DNA of 64,000 nucleotides from Selenomonas ruminantium (GTDB lineage Bacteria; Bacillota; Negativicutes; Selenomonadales; Selenomonadaceae). Shown in pieces: positions 61,401-64,000 of the stretch (positions within the stretch are counted from its first letter, which is position 1; each line of letters opens with the position of its first letter). The position numbers were made by a program, and so were the translations under genes. The notes beneath the pieces are model-generated. The model was not told where the DNA came from. It saw nothing but the letters and a program-made list of their open reading frames with translations, and did no database searches. Location: the NCBI GenBank assembly GCA_015058655.1, contig SVBX01000017.1:144-64143 (forward strand). The letters are read 5' to 3'.

Positions 61401-62537
61401 AAGGATGCATATTTGAACATAGTAGTAGGCAATGTTTATGATGCTAGGTTTAATCGTCATTGGTTTAGGATACAAGATAAATATTCACTGAAAATTAAAA
61501 CCTTGTTTAAATATCCTGTATGGGCTGGCGAAGAACTAGTGTGGCATGGTGGAGATGATATTGGATATATAAAGGGAGTATTGCTAAAGAACAATATACA
61601 TTATACACGCTATGCCTTTGAGCGTAAGGGAGGATTTTTTGACCAAACTATTTACAAAAAGGGCGCAGGTTTGATTCCACGCAAGGCTGATTTGGAAACG
61701 GAAAAATATGGAGGCTTTAACAAAGCAACAGCATCGTTCTATATTTTGGCCCGTTATTTATTGCAGGGTAAAAAAGTTAAACCAGAATTAATTCTTGTGC
61801 CAGTCACACTGTTGGCAGCTAAAAATGTTCAAGAAAATGTAGAGAAGGCAAAAGTTTATACACGTGAAACAATTGCAAAAATAATAGATAAAGATAGCAA
61901 TATGATAGGTGAAGTTAGTTTTCCCATGGGATTAAGGCATATTAAGATAAACACAATGTTCTCTTTTGATGGTTACAAATCATGCTTAGGTGGGAAGGAC
62001 AGTGGTGGTAAAAATTTACTGCTGAAGTCCATGATGCCAATGCTGGTTTCCAGTGAAGATGAAGCATATATAAAAAAGCTGGAGGCGTTTTGCAGAAAAC
62101 GATTAGAAAATAGGAATTTGAATATTGATGAGCGATATGATGGTATAAATGCTTCCAAGAATATTGATATATACAATATGCTGCAAAATAAAATGAAGAG
62201 TGAAGATAACTGTAGGGGGAATAAGTCTCCCTATGGAAGAGTCAAGATTATTTCAGATTTATACACTGTGTTGGAGAATGGTAGAGATTCTTTCCTTGAG
62301 CTTGAGTTGTCCGAGCAGGCAAATGCCCTGTTGGATATTTTGATGGTATTCCAAACAGGTAGGGGGACGAGTTGCGATTTAAGTGCTGTAGGTGGTGCTA
62401 AGAGCGCAGCTCTTTATAGAATTTCAGCGAAAATTTCCAATTGGAAGAAGCAAAAAATGAAGGATGTGCGCATTATAGAACAGTCAGCATCTGGCTTGTT
62501 TTGTTCGAAATCACAAAATTTATTGGAGTATGTATGA
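58416..62537 (+). CDS. cas9: Cas9 (type II-A)
   Basis: RuvC-I YYLGLDVGTNSVGYAV, Arg-rich bridge helix RRGFRTARRRLARRRQRINW, HNH motif YNVDHIYPQS...DNKVL. 1373 aa. Confidence 0.95.
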   Translation: MMGEYYLGLDVGTNSVGYAVTDKKYKLLKFKGEPMWGSHVFEEGKNRDQRRGFRTARRRLARRRQRINWVQEIFAPEIGKIYERFFIRIKESMLWRDDVPVTDRYILFCDTKYTDKEYFRKYPTIHHLLCELMESDAKHDVRLVYLAVAWLVGHRGHFLNELDKDNITAVTDFKSIYTDLCQYMKQNELVAWGMDKADLLQEVLPKKLNVTAKERDLLKILYEGNKPKDSEDDAVSMAMSVKLLAGGTVKVSKLFPQGGYDEGISLCFGDAEEKFAEAAGQIGEEVQWVMALRRLYDWALLKDVLKGEESVSAGKVKIYEQHRRDLRKLKCFIRKYVPHKYANIFRRSGKKEKNYVAYSYNVNSIKGELPEEKSTQDEFCKFLKNELKGIACRPEDADFYQDMMERLELCTFMPKQVNGENRVIPYQLYYHELKLILEKVSSYLSFLKVKDENGWTNADKILSIMSFRIPYFVGPINGNSPYAWLKRNGKEKIRPWNFEKQIDLNRSEEEFIRRMTNKCTYMPGEDVLPFNSLLYQRFMVLNEINSIKVNGELISADAKKQIFKLFEKRRRVTKKAIKECLLSNNYISSGKSEEIIISGVDDNLHSSLKSYHDFRSLMERRLLSQEQVEKIIERLTYTENRRRVHMWLSREFTNLEEQDRKYIAKLKYEEFGRLSHNFLKVLKGINKEDGRCASIIEFMWDYNENLMQLLSESKYTFAEELAKAEQEYLGEGEKSLESLMDDLRIANAVRRPIYRTLDIVKDVCKATGRAPAKIFLEMARGGGERGKRTVSRRDRIKELYSRLDKEYNEDVKHLSELLDSTSDNRLQSEVLYLYFLQLGRSMYSGEYIEIDNLKNDTLYNVDHIYPQSYVKDDSLDNKVLVTSKENGDKGDLYPIRAEIRNRMAGMWGYYKRVGLISEKKYNRLMRSTAFSDDEKMGFIQRQLVETRQSTKALATVFKMRYPKSEIIYVKAGLVSDFRHEFNMIKCRVINDLHHAKDAYLNIVVGNVYDARFNRHWFRIQDKYSLKIKTLFKYPVWAGEELVWHGGDDIGYIKGVLLKNNIHYTRYAFERKGGFFDQTIYKKGAGLIPRKADLETEKYGGFNKATASFYILARYLLQGKKVKPELILVPVTLLAAKNVQENVEKAKVYTRETIAKIIDKDSNMIGEVSFPMGLRHIKINTMFSFDGYKSCLGGKDSGGKNLLLKSMMPMLVSSEDEAYIKKLEAFCRKRLENRNLNIDERYDGINASKNIDIYNMLQNKMKSEDNCRGNKSPYGRVKIISDLYTVLENGRDSFLELELSEQANALLDILMVFQTGRGTSCDLSAVGGAKSAALYRISAKISNWKKQKMKDVRIIEQSASGLFCSKSQNLLEYV

Positions 62538-63412
62538 GCTTTCGTACAGTGGTTATAACTACTCATTGTAAATTGGATTTTCGTATGAATTACATGGAGA
62601 TTCGTCAAGCAGATTCTAAAAAACGTATTTATCTTGACGATATAGAGGTTTTAATCATTGAAAATCCGGCAATCTCATTGACAGGATGCTTGCTTTCAGA
62701 GTTGATGAACCGTAAGGTGAAGATTATTTTTTGTGACCATAAACATAATCCACAGGCAGAACTGGTTTCTTACTATGGCTCTTATGACAGCTCGCGCAAG
62801 ATAAGGAGACAATTGGAGTGGGGGGAGAAAATCAAGGTAGCTGTGTGGACAGCTATTGTTACTGAGAAAATTAGGCAACAAAGATTATTCCTGGAAGAGT
62901 TAGGACACGAACAGGAAGCTGGCTTATTATCGTCTTATACCGACAAAATGACTGCAGGTGATATTCATAATCGAGAAGGTCATGCTGCTAAGGTGTATTT
63001 TAATGCTGTGTTTGGTATGGATTTTAGTAGGGATGATGATTGTTTCATAAATGCTGCCCTTGATTATGGATACACTGTTATTACAGCGCTTTTTAATCGT
63101 GAGATAACAGCTATGGGGTATCTTACACAATTAGGGATTTTTCACGATAATATTTTTAATCCATTTAACTTAAGTTGCGACTTGATGGAACCATTTCGTA
63201 TTTTGCTAGATAGATATATTTACGAACATAAGGAGAGATGGAAAGATTTTGGTGTTGATGAAAAACGAGATTTGTTAAGAATTTTGCAATCGGAGATCAA
63301 AATTGCTGGATGTAAGCAAATTTTTACAAATGCTGTACACATGTATGTGCAGAGTGTGTTTAATGCTTTGGAAGAATCAGATGAAAGAAGGATTCGTTTT
63401 TATCAGTTATGA
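62534..63412 (+). CDS. cas1: Cas1
   Basis: ATG 62534 overlaps the cas9 stop (ATGA). Type II Cas1 pattern MSFRTVVITT...EGHAAKVYFNAVFG... Confidence 0.9.
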   Translation: MSFRTVVITTHCKLDFRMNYMEIRQADSKKRIYLDDIEVLIIENPAISLTGCLLSELMNRKVKIIFCDHKHNPQAELVSYYGSYDSSRKIRRQLEWGEKIKVAVWTAIVTEKIRQQRLFLEELGHEQEAGLLSSYTDKMTAGDIHNREGHAAKVYFNAVFGMDFSRDDDCFINAALDYGYTVITALFNREITAMGYLTQLGIFHDNIFNPFNLSCDLMEPFRILLDRYIYEHKERWKDFGVDEKRDLLRILQSEIKIAGCKQIFTNAVHMYVQSVFNALEESDERRIRFYQL

Positions 63413-63729
63413 GTTATAGATTTATGAGAGTGTTGGTGTTTTTTGATTTACCCACGGAAACTGAAACTGATAGAAGAAACTATCGTCAATTTCGCAGAGG
63501 GTTATTAAAGAGTGGTTTTTTTATGATGCAGGAATCTGTATATTGTCGTATGGTACTAAACAAAACGTGCGAGCAAACGGTGGTGGATGGCATATATCGA
63601 ATGCGTCCTCCTGCAGGAGTGGTTCAAGTATTGACTGTAACAGAGAAACAGTTTGCTAATATGCGTTATATTACTGGAGAAAAGCATTGTGATGTGATTG
63701 ATACTGATGAACGGCTGGTGATTCTGTGA
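63409..63729 (+). CDS. cas2: Cas2
   Basis: MSYRFMRVLVFFDLPTETE..RRNYRQFRR.L...GF.M.QESVY. ATGA overlap with cas1. Confidence 0.9.
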   Translation: MSYRFMRVLVFFDLPTETETDRRNYRQFRRGLLKSGFFMMQESVYCRMVLNKTCEQTVVDGIYRMRPPAGVVQVLTVTEKQFANMRYITGEKHCDVIDTDERLVIL

Positions 63730-64000
63730 AGCTATGTTATCCAGATATTTATACACCTATAACTATAAGTGATGAGTATGTTGCCAGTCTTGTCATTGAA
63801 AATCAATATTTGTTGTATCGGTTTCTTATGGATATTTGTTCACAGCTTAAGGGAGAGACAGGGAATGTAGTATTGTCGATAAATGAAAGATTGGTTAGTA
63901 TAGATAAGGGAGTTGATTTACTTACGGATTTCGTGACCTTTGATGGTAACAAGAAAAATCTTTTGACTAAAATTCAGCATGCAATGGAGAAAATTGCCAA
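63726..64000 (+). CDS. csn2: Csn2 (N-terminal part; runs off window; not in ORF track)
   Basis: GTG 63726 overlaps the cas2 stop. Manual translation gives VKLCYPDIYTPITISDEYVASLVIENQYLLYRFLMDICSQLKGETGNVVLSINERL..., open to the window end. Position after cas2 and the LVIEN pattern fit Csn2. Confidence 0.7.
   Translation, partial: MKLCYPDIYTPITISDEYVASLVIENQYLLYRFLMDICSQLKGETGNVVLSINERLVSIDKGVDLLTDFVTFDGNKKNLLTKIQHAMEKIA

Noticed and set aside
63730-64000. Looked for a CRISPR array (direct repeats of ~36 nt) in the window, especially after cas2 and around the cas operon.
   Set aside because: None is present. The sequence after cas2 is an open csn2 frame to the window end, so the array must lie further downstream.

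Overview
Manual reading only; no searches or computations were run. The window looks like a high-GC chromosome of a diderm, flagellated Firmicute (Negativicutes/Selenomonad-like). That call is an inference from gene content: a TpsB outer-membrane transporter, flagellin with sigma-28 promoters, methylmalonyl-CoA mutase propionate genes, and MurQ/MurP/MupG.

Core genes:
- MATE efflux pump, ftsH, tatA, a polar amino-acid ABC pair, an AMIN-amidase, a SEC-C protein, rpsT, lepA, hemW
- a C40 peptidase and an ArsR regulator
- murQ-murP-mupG, lctP, a mini-nrdD plus nrdG
- a cobalamin-riboswitch-led mutA-mutB-meaB-msrA-like operon
- two usp genes and ilvA

This backbone is interrupted by visibly AT-richer accessory segments:
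1. 1-4.4 kb: an MmeI-like type IIL R-M enzyme plus a free-standing LAGLIDADG protein that is absent from the ORF track. The segment ends at a tRNA-Thr 3'-half with a terminator, which is an att-type junction.
2. 18-23.8 kb: a modular, repeat-ridden cluster of four PD-(D/E)XK-type genes (one AAA-ATPase-like/PDDEXK, three Rpn/PDDEXK_2 paralogs plus fragments). They are interleaved with three copies of the flagellin sigma-28 promoter/leader.
3. 25.2-39.3 kb: an ImmA/IrrE-like peptidase, a 3574-aa TpsA (TPS + GLUG + YDG/MBG-type repeats) and TpsB.
4. 56.3-58.2 kb: a second AAA-ATPase-like/PDDEXK gene flanked by a 153-bp diverged duplication of the ilvA 3' end.
5. 58.2-64 kb: a type II-A CRISPR-Cas locus (tracrRNA, cas9, cas1, cas2, partial csn2). 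The array lies outside the window.

Most notable non-obvious signals:
- an imperfect inverted-repeat element at 25.55-25.77 kb that resembles the cas9-linked anti-repeat
- two families of structured intergenic repeats
- decoy flagellin leaders
- a B12 riboswitch in front of a B12-dependent enzyme
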